Below, piece after piece: positions 10,122 through 19,651 of a DNA stretch of 64,000 nt (positions are counted from its first letter, which is position 1; the number at the start of each line of letters is the position of its first letter). The position numbers and the translations under genes were made by a program. Under the pieces are notes generated by a model. The model was given only the letters and a program-made list of their open reading frames with translations. It was not told where the DNA came from and did no database searches. The DNA comes from a virus: IMG/VR virus record IMGVR_UViG_3300048929_000691; one strand, 5' to 3'.

Positions 10122-11696
10122 ATGGCTGAAAAAACAAATAGTTATTATGGGAAAAAAATATTTTTGCTTGGGACAGCAGATTTTGGACCAGTAAATTTAC
10201 CTATAAAGGTTTCATCAGCTAATCATGTGAAAAAGGTATTTGGCGAAAAGGGGAGTCTTTTAGATGCTTTTAGAGTCATTAAGGAAAGTGATCTTGAGTG
10301 CGAAGTTTTTATGGTTAAAGTAACAGGAAAACATTCAGAATTATACTTAAATATAAATTTGCCAAATAGTGAAATAGAAGAAAATGGCTTATATTTCAAA
10401 GCCAAATATGCAAATGAAATCTATAATGATGTACAAATTATCATTCGTGAAGATGCCCTTTATATAAATTATCCAACAGATGCCCTTGGAAATTATTATC
10501 TCCAATATAAGTATAATGAAACTGATGAAAATGGTAACGATATTCGAGATGAAGCTGGAAATTTAATTTATAAAACCTTGTATGATTTAGTAGAGGAAAT
10601 AAATGAAGACACAAGGCTTATGAATAGTGCAGTATACTGCTATTTATCTTGTGATCCAAAGACAATGGCTAATACTTCATTACTTGGAGTGAATGAACAA
10701 AGCAACACCTTAAAGGGTGGCAACAGCGGAATATATTATAACAAAAATATGATCTACAATTGTTTGAGTGATACTTATAACATATTAGAAGGTATGAAAA
10801 TAGATATAATAATCCCTGTAGATTGCTATTATGATGATACTTTTACTGATGATACTGATGCTCTTGAAAAATATTTTGATTTAGAAAGAGAATATATTAC
10901 CCTTAAAGATGCGGATACCAGTGAATATTTAAGTTACTATAATCAACTTTTGGAGTTTTTAAGAAGGCAGCTTAGGTTTGGATGTGTTACTCATGGAATT
11001 ATGGGGATGAATCCAAACGGAAAGGTATTCTTGGATCAAGATGAATATTATTTAAAGTTGCAGTATTTAAAAAAATTAAATAATAAGAATAGCTTTTATG
11101 ATAAATATAGACAACTAATAACCATATGTGTGGGAGATATATATACCACTTATGGAACAAGAGTGTATAATTCCTATATTTTATATGCCACATTAATTGC
11201 AAGTATTCAGGTAACAGAAAATACTACTAATAAACCACTTCCAAAGTCTTTTACAGTTTACAATGATTTTGATAATATGAGCCTGTCTAAAATAAGAGAA
11301 CTTGGATTTACTGCCTTTAGATATAGTGCATTAAAAAGAGCAGTAGTTGTTTCAAGCGGAGTAACTGCAAGTGATGACATAAACTTTAAATATTTATGTA
11401 ATATAAGAATGTGTCAGCTTGTAATGATTAGGATTAATGACCTTTTATCTAAATATATTGGAGAAGATATTAATTATCTAATTAAAACTAAGAAAATACA
11501 AAGTGAGCTTTTAGATTTATTAGAGCATTTGATTGGTAAAAACATATTAAGGGGCTTTTCAATTAACAGTATGGCAATTCCAGAAAAGGGTCATTTACTG
11601 CTAGATTTATCTTTTAAAACAGCATATATGACAGAAAGTATTAGAGCTTATGCAGGTCTTGCAGCTTATACAAGAGGAAGTGCAGAAAATGATTGA
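10122..11696 (+). CDS. Tail sheath-like protein (minor paralogue)
   Basis: N-terminal FLLGTADFGPVNLPIKVSSANHVKKVFG and C-terminal GFTAFRY...VVVSSGVT...LCNIRMCQLVMIRINDLLSKYIGE match contractile sheath N- and C-domains. Confidence 0.7.
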   Translation: MAEKTNSYYGKKIFLLGTADFGPVNLPIKVSSANHVKKVFGEKGSLLDAFRVIKESDLECEVFMVKVTGKHSELYLNINLPNSEIEENGLYFKAKYANEIYNDVQIIIREDALYINYPTDALGNYYLQYKYNETDENGNDIRDEAGNLIYKTLYDLVEEINEDTRLMNSAVYCYLSCDPKTMANTSLLGVNEQSNTLKGGNSGIYYNKNMIYNCLSDTYNILEGMKIDIIIPVDCYYDDTFTDDTDALEKYFDLEREYITLKDADTSEYLSYYNQLLEFLRRQLRFGCVTHGIMGMNPNGKVFLDQDEYYLKLQYLKKLNNKNSFYDKYRQLITICVGDIYTTYGTRVYNSYILYATLIASIQVTENTTNKPLPKSFTVYNDFDNMSLSKIRELGFTAFRYSALKRAVVVSSGVTASDDINFKYLCNIRMCQLVMIRINDLLSKYIGEDINYLIKTKKIQSELLDLLEHLIGKNILRGFSINSMAIPEKGHLLLDLSFKTAYMTESIRAYAGLAAYTRGSAEND

Positions 11697-12435
11697 TAAT
11701 GATGAAATTTTTAATGGTGTTATGGAAAAATATTTTGATTCAAAAAGCAAAATAGGTGTTACAAAAGAAGACAACCAAACAGTAATTAATGAACAGATAC
11801 CTGAAGATTTAATCTCAACAAGATTGTCTGCTGAAGGGAATATTAAAACAATTGATGAATTCGGCCAATTGTTAAGTAATATGTTAAATACAGCCTGGGG
11901 CAGTGATTGGGGAAAAATTACTTCAGATATTGATAAACTAAATATTACAATGCCTTTAATAATCTATTCAACTAATCTTAGAGAAATAACAACAGGCTCA
12001 AACATAAAGCCTAAGCAGACAGAGACAATAAAGGAAGTTGTAGACGGCAAAGCTACTGGTGATGCGTTTATAGTTTACAGACAGTCTTTTGACTGCATAG
12101 TCGAATTCAACTTTTGCTGTGATAAAGCAAAAGGCTCAAGAGATCTCATGAATAGATTTGAAGAGACTATGCTGACATTTACGGGCTATTTAAAAAAGAA
12201 TGGAGTTAGGGAAATTTATTTTCTAAAAGAAATTCCAGCTCAAAATAGTCTAAATTATATGAGCAGCATACCTATGACATGTTTACATTATTTCCTTCGA
12301 TTAGAAAGAAATAATACAGTAAGAGTGAGTACTATTAAAAGGATTGAAGACAAAATATATCTTGAAGGTACCCTCGCATCAGAAAAAAAATCTGATGTTA
12401 TACAAAATAATATAACCTATAAGGGGGATATTTAA
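11689..12435 (+). CDS. Probable tail completion/terminator-like protein
   Basis: Start moved from 11650 to ATG 11689 (RBS AGAGGAAG at 11673-11680). Lies between the two sheath genes; RQSFDCIVEFNF...RDLMNRFEE pattern fits tail-completion proteins (inference). Confidence 0.45.
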   Translation: MIDNDEIFNGVMEKYFDSKSKIGVTKEDNQTVINEQIPEDLISTRLSAEGNIKTIDEFGQLLSNMLNTAWGSDWGKITSDIDKLNITMPLIIYSTNLREITTGSNIKPKQTETIKEVVDGKATGDAFIVYRQSFDCIVEFNFCCDKAKGSRDLMNRFEETMLTFTGYLKKNGVREIYFLKEIPAQNSLNYMSSIPMTCLHYFLRLERNNTVRVSTIKRIEDKIYLEGTLASEKKSDVIQNNITYKGDI

Positions 12436-14772
12436 ATGGCAACAAGCTTAGGAAATTTATATCCAAATTTACCTGGAATGCTAATCGAATTTAAGGATGG
12501 TGGATCTGCACTTAGATTTGAAAAAACAGATGCATCTACAGACAGTTTACTTCTTCTAGGAACTGCTGTTGATGGTCCAATAATGGAACCAGTAGCAGTA
12601 GATTATAAATCAGCTGAATTAATATTTGGTTCTGACACAGATTCAAATAAGGTTCCAAATGGAGCAACACTTGTGCATGCATTTAAGCAAGCATACGATG
12701 CAGGATGCAGAGATATAAGATTAATGAGAATATCAGGTTCAAAAGCATCAACACTTATACAAACTACTAGTGATTCAGTTACTAATACAAAAAGAATTGA
12801 TGAAAATGAGATTGCTTATATTTCAGGAAATGATGCAACAGAAATAAGCTTACCAATAACAGCTGGTACAGCTTATGACAAAACTAGTTTAGAAGTATAT
12901 GCAAAAGGTAGAAAAGTTGATGCAGCTGCATACATCTTGGATGAAACAAATAAAAAATTAAAATTAAATGCAAATGCATGTGATGCTGGAGCTTCTCTTG
13001 AAGTTAAGTACAAGGAAGTTAAAACTAATGCAAATACTGAAACTGTAACAGTTGAAGCGTTATCAAGTATTAAAAATGGCGTAGTATTAAGTAATAATGC
13101 TGATAAAATTGTCAGCGTAGCTAAAGCAGATACTTCAAGTGTAACTTTATACAATTTAGATGGCGATAAAACCACTATTATAATTAGTGATACATCAGTA
13201 AAGGTTGGAGATGCTATAACAGTTCAATATGAAAGTTATAATTATGCAAGACATGATGTTAGAGCTACAGCTGCTACAAGCTTACAAGTAGTTGCTTTAA
13301 AAAATACAGCTGCCATAGGTTCAGAACCAGTATTATACATAGATAATGCAAAGGTTCTTGATCCTTCTGCTTATTCTTTTGATGCAGCAGCAAATACTAT
13401 AAAAATAATTAAAGAAAACTTTAAAATGAATCAAACAATTTCTGTAAGTTATTTTGTTCAAACTACAGCAAATGTTAATTCTTCAATTAAAATTCAATCA
13501 ATTTTTGGTGGAGAAGTATATAACGAAGGAATTGTTGAAGTAAAAGATTTAATAAATTCTGATGGAAGTGTTATGGGTAAAAAAGTTATTATAACTAAAC
13601 CTGAAAGTAAACAAACTTTATCAGAAGCACCACAAGTATATACTTCAATTGATTATCCTACATTTGGATTATTAGCAGAAGCAATTACTGCTAAGAATAA
13701 TATATATGAAGCATATACAGAAGATGAAAATGAATTAACTGCTAATTTAGTAGTTTCAAGTTCATATTTATCAAATGGTGAAGATGGAACAGATTTAACT
13801 ACAGATGAATTATTTGAAGCTTTATCTGGTAAAAGAGATGGAAATGGATTTATTTTAGCTCAAGGAGCATATCAAATCCTTGAAAATTATCAAGTTGATC
13901 AAATTGTTCCAGTTGGTGTATATGCAGATGATAAATTAAGCGATAAAAATGCTAACTTTGCATATGAATTAGCTTTATATTGTGCAATATCTTCTTACAG
14001 AAATAAAACAACAATAGGTGCAATACCTATGAAGCCAATTAAGGATACAACCTTGGCTAATATTCAAAAATATGCTAAGTATCTTGCAACATATGATAAT
14101 ACTTATTACATGTTAGATGAAGCTGGTTCTCCAATAAAGGATAGTGAAGGTAATAAATTTGATCTTGGTAAGTATATATCTGTTGTAGCAGGACCAAAGG
14201 TTTTGTTTAATCATTCAGTAAATGCTTTAAGAGAAGGAAATGCAGCAGTAATGTATATGGCATATACATCTACTCTAGCTTCTAAATCTGCTCCTACTAA
14301 CAAGAAAATGATTGGTACTACAGGTCTTAAATTTAACTTCTCTAACAGTCAATTAAATGATATTGTTGGAAATAGAATGGTCACATTCCAATTGAAGTAT
14401 TTAGAATCTGGAAATGCATCATCAGGAGCATATGTAGTTGATGCACCAACAGCTGCAGCTAAAAACAGTGATTATGCAAGATTATCAACTGTAAGAGTAA
14501 TAAGAGATGTTGCAGATGCTATGAGAGAAGTAGCAGATCCATATATTGGTGAAGCTAACACTATAGAAAAAAGAAATGCTTTATCAGCAGCAATAGCTAA
14601 AAGATTAGATTTACTTGTACAAAATGGAGTAATTCAAAAATACTCTTACAGCCTTGTAGCAACAGCTAAACAAGAAGTATTAGGTGAAGCAAGTCTTGAA
14701 CTTGGAATTGTTCCACCACAAGAATTAAGAAAGATTACTACAGTAATAGGTCTTACTAGCTCACAAGCTTAA
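12436..14772 (+). CDS. Major tail sheath protein with inserted beta-sandwich domains
   Basis: NLPGMLIEFKDGG, LLLLGTAVDGPIMEPV, HAFKQAYDAGCRDIRLMRI and C-terminal RLSTVRVIRDVADAMREVADPYIGE...IVPPQELRKITTVI are sheath motifs. Confidence 0.85.
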   Translation: MATSLGNLYPNLPGMLIEFKDGGSALRFEKTDASTDSLLLLGTAVDGPIMEPVAVDYKSAELIFGSDTDSNKVPNGATLVHAFKQAYDAGCRDIRLMRISGSKASTLIQTTSDSVTNTKRIDENEIAYISGNDATEISLPITAGTAYDKTSLEVYAKGRKVDAAAYILDETNKKLKLNANACDAGASLEVKYKEVKTNANTETVTVEALSSIKNGVVLSNNADKIVSVAKADTSSVTLYNLDGDKTTIIISDTSVKVGDAITVQYESYNYARHDVRATAATSLQVVALKNTAAIGSEPVLYIDNAKVLDPSAYSFDAAANTIKIIKENFKMNQTISVSYFVQTTANVNSSIKIQSIFGGEVYNEGIVEVKDLINSDGSVMGKKVIITKPESKQTLSEAPQVYTSIDYPTFGLLAEAITAKNNIYEAYTEDENELTANLVVSSSYLSNGEDGTDLTTDELFEALSGKRDGNGFILAQGAYQILENYQVDQIVPVGVYADDKLSDKNANFAYELALYCAISSYRNKTTIGAIPMKPIKDTTLANIQKYAKYLATYDNTYYMLDEAGSPIKDSEGNKFDLGKYISVVAGPKVLFNHSVNALREGNAAVMYMAYTSTLASKSAPTNKKMIGTTGLKFNFSNSQLNDIVGNRMVTFQLKYLESGNASSGAYVVDAPTAAAKNSDYARLSTVRVIRDVADAMREVADPYIGEANTIEKRNALSAAIAKRLDLLVQNGVIQKYSYSLVATAKQEVLGEASLELGIVPPQELRKITTVIGLTSSQA

Positions 14773-14786
14773 TAAAAGCTAAAAGC

Positions 14787-14809
14787 AAGGGGAGGTAATC
14801 CCTCCTCTT
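14787..14809 (+). other. Stem-loop between sheath and tube genes
   Basis: AAGGGGAGG-TAATC-CCTCCTCTT forms a 9-bp stem with one G-U pair; no U-tract follows. Confidence 0.4.
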
Positions 14810-14837
14810 AAGTAAATAGAAAAATGAGGTATGATAT

Positions 14838-15650
14838 ATGTCAAGTCCAAACATAAGCACAATGACATCATTTAGCGGAGCTGATTTAGTAGTAAGTTTT
14901 GCTAACCAAGTTGTAGGAGAACTACAACAAATTTCATGGGCTATTGAAAGAGAAAAAGCTCCAGTATTTACACTTGGAAGCTCAGATGCAAGAAGTTTTT
15001 CAAGAGGTAAACGTGGTATTGCAGGAAGTTTAGTATTTGCTGTATTTGATGAAGACAGCTTAGTAAATGCTCTTAAGAGAGTATGGGATAAAATAAGTCC
15101 TGCAGCTATGTTTACAGCAGCTGGAAATGTATCTGTAAATAATACAGAAAACTTTTTAAATGCAGTTGATATGCTAAGATGGAATATCACAGCAGAAGAA
15201 GCAATCAAAAATAATTTTGGTGGAGCTAATGGAAGCAGTGATTTTGGATATACTGGTACATCAAAAATTCAAGCAACTACAGTAAAAGGTTCTAATTCTA
15301 AACCAACATTAGACAGTAATAATGAAGTTTCAGGATGGACAGATTCAGAAACTAATGTAAGAGTTCCAGCTGGATTTTCTCCAATCAGAGGACAAAATGT
15401 ATTATATGCTGATACATTACCTCCATTCGATGTAACTTTAACTTTTGGTAATGAATATGGTCAATGTGCATTCCAAAAGATCTATGATGTAGACATCTTA
15501 AATGAAAGCTCTGGTGCATCAGTAGATACTACAGTAATGTCTAGACAATTAACTTATATTGCTAGAAGAATTTCACCACTTGTTAAAGGTGTATATTTTA
15601 GAGATGAAAACGGTACTGTTTCAGGACAATCTGTTGTTAAAGTTTCTTAA
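14838..15650 (+). CDS. Tail tube protein
   Basis: Directly follows the sheath. SFSGADLVVSF...ELQQISWAIEREKAPVFTLG...RGKRGIAGSLVF and PPFDVTLTFGNEYG...IYDVDIL...TYIARRI are the two halves of the tube fold. Confidence 0.75.
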   Translation: MSSPNISTMTSFSGADLVVSFANQVVGELQQISWAIEREKAPVFTLGSSDARSFSRGKRGIAGSLVFAVFDEDSLVNALKRVWDKISPAAMFTAAGNVSVNNTENFLNAVDMLRWNITAEEAIKNNFGGANGSSDFGYTGTSKIQATTVKGSNSKPTLDSNNEVSGWTDSETNVRVPAGFSPIRGQNVLYADTLPPFDVTLTFGNEYGQCAFQKIYDVDILNESSGASVDTTVMSRQLTYIARRISPLVKGVYFRDENGTVSGQSVVKVS

Positions 15651-15721
15651 GAAAAGTATTAAGGTACAATAAAGAAAATAATAGATAAATATCTTTATAG
15701 ATTATTTTCTTTCTGGTGCCT

Positions 15722-15752
15722 AAAAAGATTGGCTCCTAGCCAATCTTTTTTT
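15722..15752 (+). terminator. Rho-independent terminator after tail tube gene
   Basis: AAAAGATTGGCT-CCT-AGCCAATCTTTT perfect inverted repeat running into T8. Confidence 0.8.
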
Positions 15753-15771
15753 AGTAGAGAAAAGGAGATAG

Positions 15772-17127
15772 ATGATGAGCAATTTAAATACTTTTTATAA
15801 AACTTTTTCTGGTTCTGATGCTGTTGCTTTCTTAATATTTCCTCAGTCAAAACCAATATTATTAGGCTCTTTAAGTACAATATCACATTCAGTATACAGA
15901 GAAAAGAAGCCTGTCCCATTACTTGGTAAAATTAATACTGGAGGATATACAAGAGGTATGCGAAGCATTGCAGGAACAATGGTTTTTACTCTAGTAAATC
16001 AGCATTTAGTTGAGGATCTTAAGGAACAAATACCTTACCTAGAGGCTCATGGAAAGCTAAAAGCAGATGAATTACCCTTCTTTGATATTATGATTGTTTG
16101 TGCAAATGAATATGGAGCAGCTTCACAACTATATATTTATGGTGCTGAATTTTATGAAGATGGCCAGGTAATATCAGTACAAGATATTTATATAGAAAAT
16201 ACTTTTAGCTTTGTAGCAAGAGATATAGATGATTTTTCAAGAATAAATCCAATAGTTCAAAGTGGAGCACTTGGAAGCAATTATACAGTAGAAACCTTGG
16301 TTGGCTATGCCTTTTCAAAAAGTGATTATGATGATTTATATAATAATTTAGCTTCAGCAAAAACCTCCTCTTATGGTAAATTGAAAGCAGCACAAGCAGC
16401 CTTAAAATCTGAAGGTTATGAGGTTGATTTAAATGGAGTAGCTGATAATGAAACGGTACTTGCAATAAAGGATTTTCAGTCAAAAAATAAGTTAAATGTC
16501 ACAGGAGAATTAACAGATGCTACATATAGACTATTAACTGACAAAGAAAGTTTCTTTAAAGATGCAGCAATGTCACAGTTGGACGATGTTTTGCAGAAGG
16601 TAATAATTCAAATACAAAATAAAAATGGTGCATATGTTTATTCAAATACAGATAAAGATAACATAATTGGAATAACAAAATATCTTGATGACTATATTGG
16701 CTACGATTGTGGAGAATTTGTAAAGATAAATTTTTACGGTAATACAGGATATATTGCAAAAGAAGATACAAAAGCTCCTGCAAGCAGCATTATTGTAAAT
16801 TATGATGAAAAAACTGAAAGTGGCAAGATATGCAGTTATTATATAGATGAATTTAAGCCAGATTTAATAGGTGCATCTGTAAAGGTAAATAGTGATGTTG
16901 AATTTAGAATTTCTGCAATAGCATATTTTAAGAACAATGCTTCCTCCTTTGCATGCAGATATTATCAGTTAAAGGCAGGAGAGTCAAGAGATCTTCTTTT
17001 AAGTTATTTATCAACTGCCTTTATATACAATATGGAAGAGAAAGCAATACCTTTTAAAGTGGATTTCATCATAACACCTATAGGTGGAACTAGTGTTAAA
17101 TGGACTGTGAAGTTAAAGGAGAGATAA
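15772..17127 (+). CDS. Tube-fold (tube initiator-like) protein fused to PG_binding_1 and SH3-like domains
   Basis: TFSGSDAV...RGMRSIAGTMVF...DELPFFDI...SFVARDI parallels the tube gene; LKAAQAALKSEGYEVDLNGVADNETVLAIKDFQSKNKLNVTGELTDATY is a PG-binding motif; NTGYIAKED is SH3-like. Confidence 0.65.
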   Translation: MMSNLNTFYKTFSGSDAVAFLIFPQSKPILLGSLSTISHSVYREKKPVPLLGKINTGGYTRGMRSIAGTMVFTLVNQHLVEDLKEQIPYLEAHGKLKADELPFFDIMIVCANEYGAASQLYIYGAEFYEDGQVISVQDIYIENTFSFVARDIDDFSRINPIVQSGALGSNYTVETLVGYAFSKSDYDDLYNNLASAKTSSYGKLKAAQAALKSEGYEVDLNGVADNETVLAIKDFQSKNKLNVTGELTDATYRLLTDKESFFKDAAMSQLDDVLQKVIIQIQNKNGAYVYSNTDKDNIIGITKYLDDYIGYDCGEFVKINFYGNTGYIAKEDTKAPASSIIVNYDEKTESGKICSYYIDEFKPDLIGASVKVNSDVEFRISAIAYFKNNASSFACRYYQLKAGESRDLLLSYLSTAFIYNMEEKAIPFKVDFIITPIGGTSVKWTVKLKER

Positions 17128-17128
17128 T

Positions 17129-17899
17129 ATGCCAGATACATCACCAAAAACTATAGCATTTAATAATGAAAGTAATAACAGAGATCATAATATATACACT
17201 GAAGAGTTCTTTGGAGGAGCCGATGTATTTATATATATTAACGATGAATTATATGAAGACATAAGTGCAGTTCAGTTTTCTGTAAGTGAAAATGTTAAGC
17301 CTATTTATGGATATTCAAGCAGGAGATATGATGATTTAGCAATAGGAACAAGAATTGTACAAGGAGTTATTAAAGTACCTGTAAGAAATACAAATCCAAA
17401 TAAGTATATAACAAATGATTATAAAGATATAAGAAATAAAAAATTAGTCAATACAAAAAGTACTAATGTGCCAAATTGGGTTTATAAATATACAACTGAT
17501 AAGGATACCCTTGGATCATCTAATGTTGTGCCACAATACAATGATGTGAAATCAAGCACTATAGCAGATGTTCAGCATAGGCTAGGCGTTGAAGTTACTG
17601 GTACAAATGATTTGGAAACTCAAAAGGCTGTAGCTGAATATAAAAAAGCAAATAGTTTGGAAGTTAACAGTAACATTGATATTGTTTTATTAAACAGATT
17701 AGACTTATCAGGAAAGAATGTAAAAATTACAACAGGTATTACAAATTTACGATACAAACCTACAGAGGAGTCACCAAGTTATTTTACAATACAGCCGAAA
17801 AATAAAGTTGTAATATTAAAGGATTTAAATGATGAGTGGTATTATGTGCAAATTAATGAAGGTACAACAGGATATATAAAAAAGAGTGAGGTGATTTAG
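17129..17899 (+). CDS. N-half tube-fold + PG-binding + SH3b protein
   Basis: FFGGADVFIYI...ISAVQFSVSENVKPIYGY...GTRIVQGVI; VQHRLGVEVTG.ND.ETQKAVAEYKKAN; NLRYKP...EWYYVQINEGTTGYIKKSEV. Confidence 0.6.
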   Translation: MPDTSPKTIAFNNESNNRDHNIYTEEFFGGADVFIYINDELYEDISAVQFSVSENVKPIYGYSSRRYDDLAIGTRIVQGVIKVPVRNTNPNKYITNDYKDIRNKKLVNTKSTNVPNWVYKYTTDKDTLGSSNVVPQYNDVKSSTIADVQHRLGVEVTGTNDLETQKAVAEYKKANSLEVNSNIDIVLLNRLDLSGKNVKITTGITNLRYKPTEESPSYFTIQPKNKVVILKDLNDEWYYVQINEGTTGYIKKSEVI

Positions 17900-17901
17900 C
17901 T

Positions 17902-19023
17902 TTGGGTAAATATGAAAATATCGCAACACTATATACTGATACTTATTCAAGATTGGATTTTAGGGAAAAGGTACCCTATGACATTGGAATTCATGCTATT
18001 CAAACTGCCTTATATCTTCAGGATTATAATAATAAAGCAGATATTAATATAAATGATTTAGTCTTTGGATATTATGACGTTAACACTCAAAAGATGATTA
18101 AAAAATTTCAAATAATTAATAAAATGAAACCAGCTGAAGGTGTTTTAAATGAACCAACCTGGAAGGCTATATTTGATGGCCTTGCTTTAACTAAAGGTGT
18201 TGAACTAGATAAAACTGGAGAGAAAGAAGTAACCATAGTAGATAGTGATAATTTCTTAGATAGAAATTATGTTGTAACATCAGTTCCTCCACAAGGAAAT
18301 GAAAATTATAATGACGATGGAAATGATAATAATCCTAATAGTGCTGGAGGTATTAATTTTAGTAATGATGGAAATTATACCTTAAGTGATGACTTAAATG
18401 GAGAGAAGTATGGTGAAGACCTGCACAATTATATAACAGATATAAGAAATATTAGAGGTGGAGACATTATTGATGGCTACGTTACAGGAAATGGAGGATA
18501 TGTATATTCTGGACCAGATGAATATGTTAGAGATGGCAGTATATCATCAATTGATCCAGGAGATTATAATCTTCTAGGTAAAAAAATAGTAGTTATGGGA
18601 AGCGATAACCTAACAGATGGAAATAACAGATGGAATGATTCAAGCATAAGCAGCTTAAATGATAATGACTACCAAAGAGATTATGACTTTATATATAATC
18701 TGTTAGCAAATACTGCTTATTCTGGTGGTGGTTATATAAATCCACTTCAAGAATCTAATTCGACTATAGATACTTTGGAAAATTACTCAGGTTCCTATGA
18801 ACGTTCAAATAATAAGCCATTTTTCAGCCCAGATAATATGTCTTCTCTTAGAAGAAGTAAATTTGATTTGACCATAGTTTATGGAGCTAAAGGAAAGAAG
18901 GCAAGAAAGCTAATAAAGGTAGTTCCAATGAGTGTAACTCAAGAAATGAATGCTAGTGGAGAGCCAATATATGACGTTTATGAATTTGTTGCAAGAGATG
19001 TTGTATATAGTGAAGATGATTAA
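17902..19023 (+). CDS. PG-binding protein with Asn/Asp/Gly-rich linker and C-half tube-fold
   Basis: TTG start with RBS GAGGTGA; IHAIQTAL...FGYYDVNTQKMIKKFQ...GVLNEPTWKAI; C-terminal KFDLTIVYG...SVTQEMNASGEPIYDVYEFVARDV. Confidence 0.55.
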   Translation: MGKYENIATLYTDTYSRLDFREKVPYDIGIHAIQTALYLQDYNNKADININDLVFGYYDVNTQKMIKKFQIINKMKPAEGVLNEPTWKAIFDGLALTKGVELDKTGEKEVTIVDSDNFLDRNYVVTSVPPQGNENYNDDGNDNNPNSAGGINFSNDGNYTLSDDLNGEKYGEDLHNYITDIRNIRGGDIIDGYVTGNGGYVYSGPDEYVRDGSISSIDPGDYNLLGKKIVVMGSDNLTDGNNRWNDSSISSLNDNDYQRDYDFIYNLLANTAYSGGGYINPLQESNSTIDTLENYSGSYERSNNKPFFSPDNMSSLRRSKFDLTIVYGAKGKKARKLIKVVPMSVTQEMNASGEPIYDVYEFVARDVVYSEDD

Positions 19024-19066
19024 AAATTAGAGAATATAATAAAAAAGTTAGAGGAGGATTTTAATC

Positions 19067-19648
19067 ATGGGTGGATTTAATGCAAGTGGAGAAGAATTAA
19101 GCGCAATGGCAGCTATGGCTAAAAAACAATTGATGAAGCAAAACAAAGGGGATGCAGATGCGTCTTTTGACTATTCAAAGATTATGGAAGAATTCAATGA
19201 GGAAGATGAAGTACAAAAAGAGGATGAATATAAATTAAACAATAATTTGCAGGAAAATCTTTTGGAGAATACTACTACTACTTATGAAGAGCCAAAAACA
19301 CTAAATCCATATGATGAAGAAGTGTTTTCAGGAGGTCCTACAAAATCTCAAGTAGATTTATGGAAAAAGGAATGGGAAGGCTATGACATATACGTTATTG
19401 AGCTTTTAGGTAAGTATTCCTTTGTATTTAGAACTTTAGGTAGATTTGAATATAAGCAGCTAGTAAGCTTTGTAGATATTAATTCTCTTCAAAGAGAAGA
19501 AAGTATATGCAATGCAGCAGTACTATGGCCAGAGAATTATGATTATAATGTAATGTCTTCTCAAAAGGCAGGAATAGCCTCTACCTTGGCAGCAGTTATC
19601 ATGGAGAAATCAGGCTTTACAGAAGATTATGTCATACAGGAGATATAA
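19067..19648 (+). CDS. Probable tail assembly chaperone
   Basis: Acidic N-terminus, then QVDLWKKEW...FVFRTLGRFEYKQL...EESICNAAVLWP; position just upstream of the tape-measure candidate. Confidence 0.55.
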   Translation: MGGFNASGEELSAMAAMAKKQLMKQNKGDADASFDYSKIMEEFNEEDEVQKEDEYKLNNNLQENLLENTTTTYEEPKTLNPYDEEVFSGGPTKSQVDLWKKEWEGYDIYVIELLGKYSFVFRTLGRFEYKQLVSFVDINSLQREESICNAAVLWPENYDYNVMSSQKAGIASTLAAVIMEKSGFTEDYVIQEI

Positions 19649-19651
19649 CTT

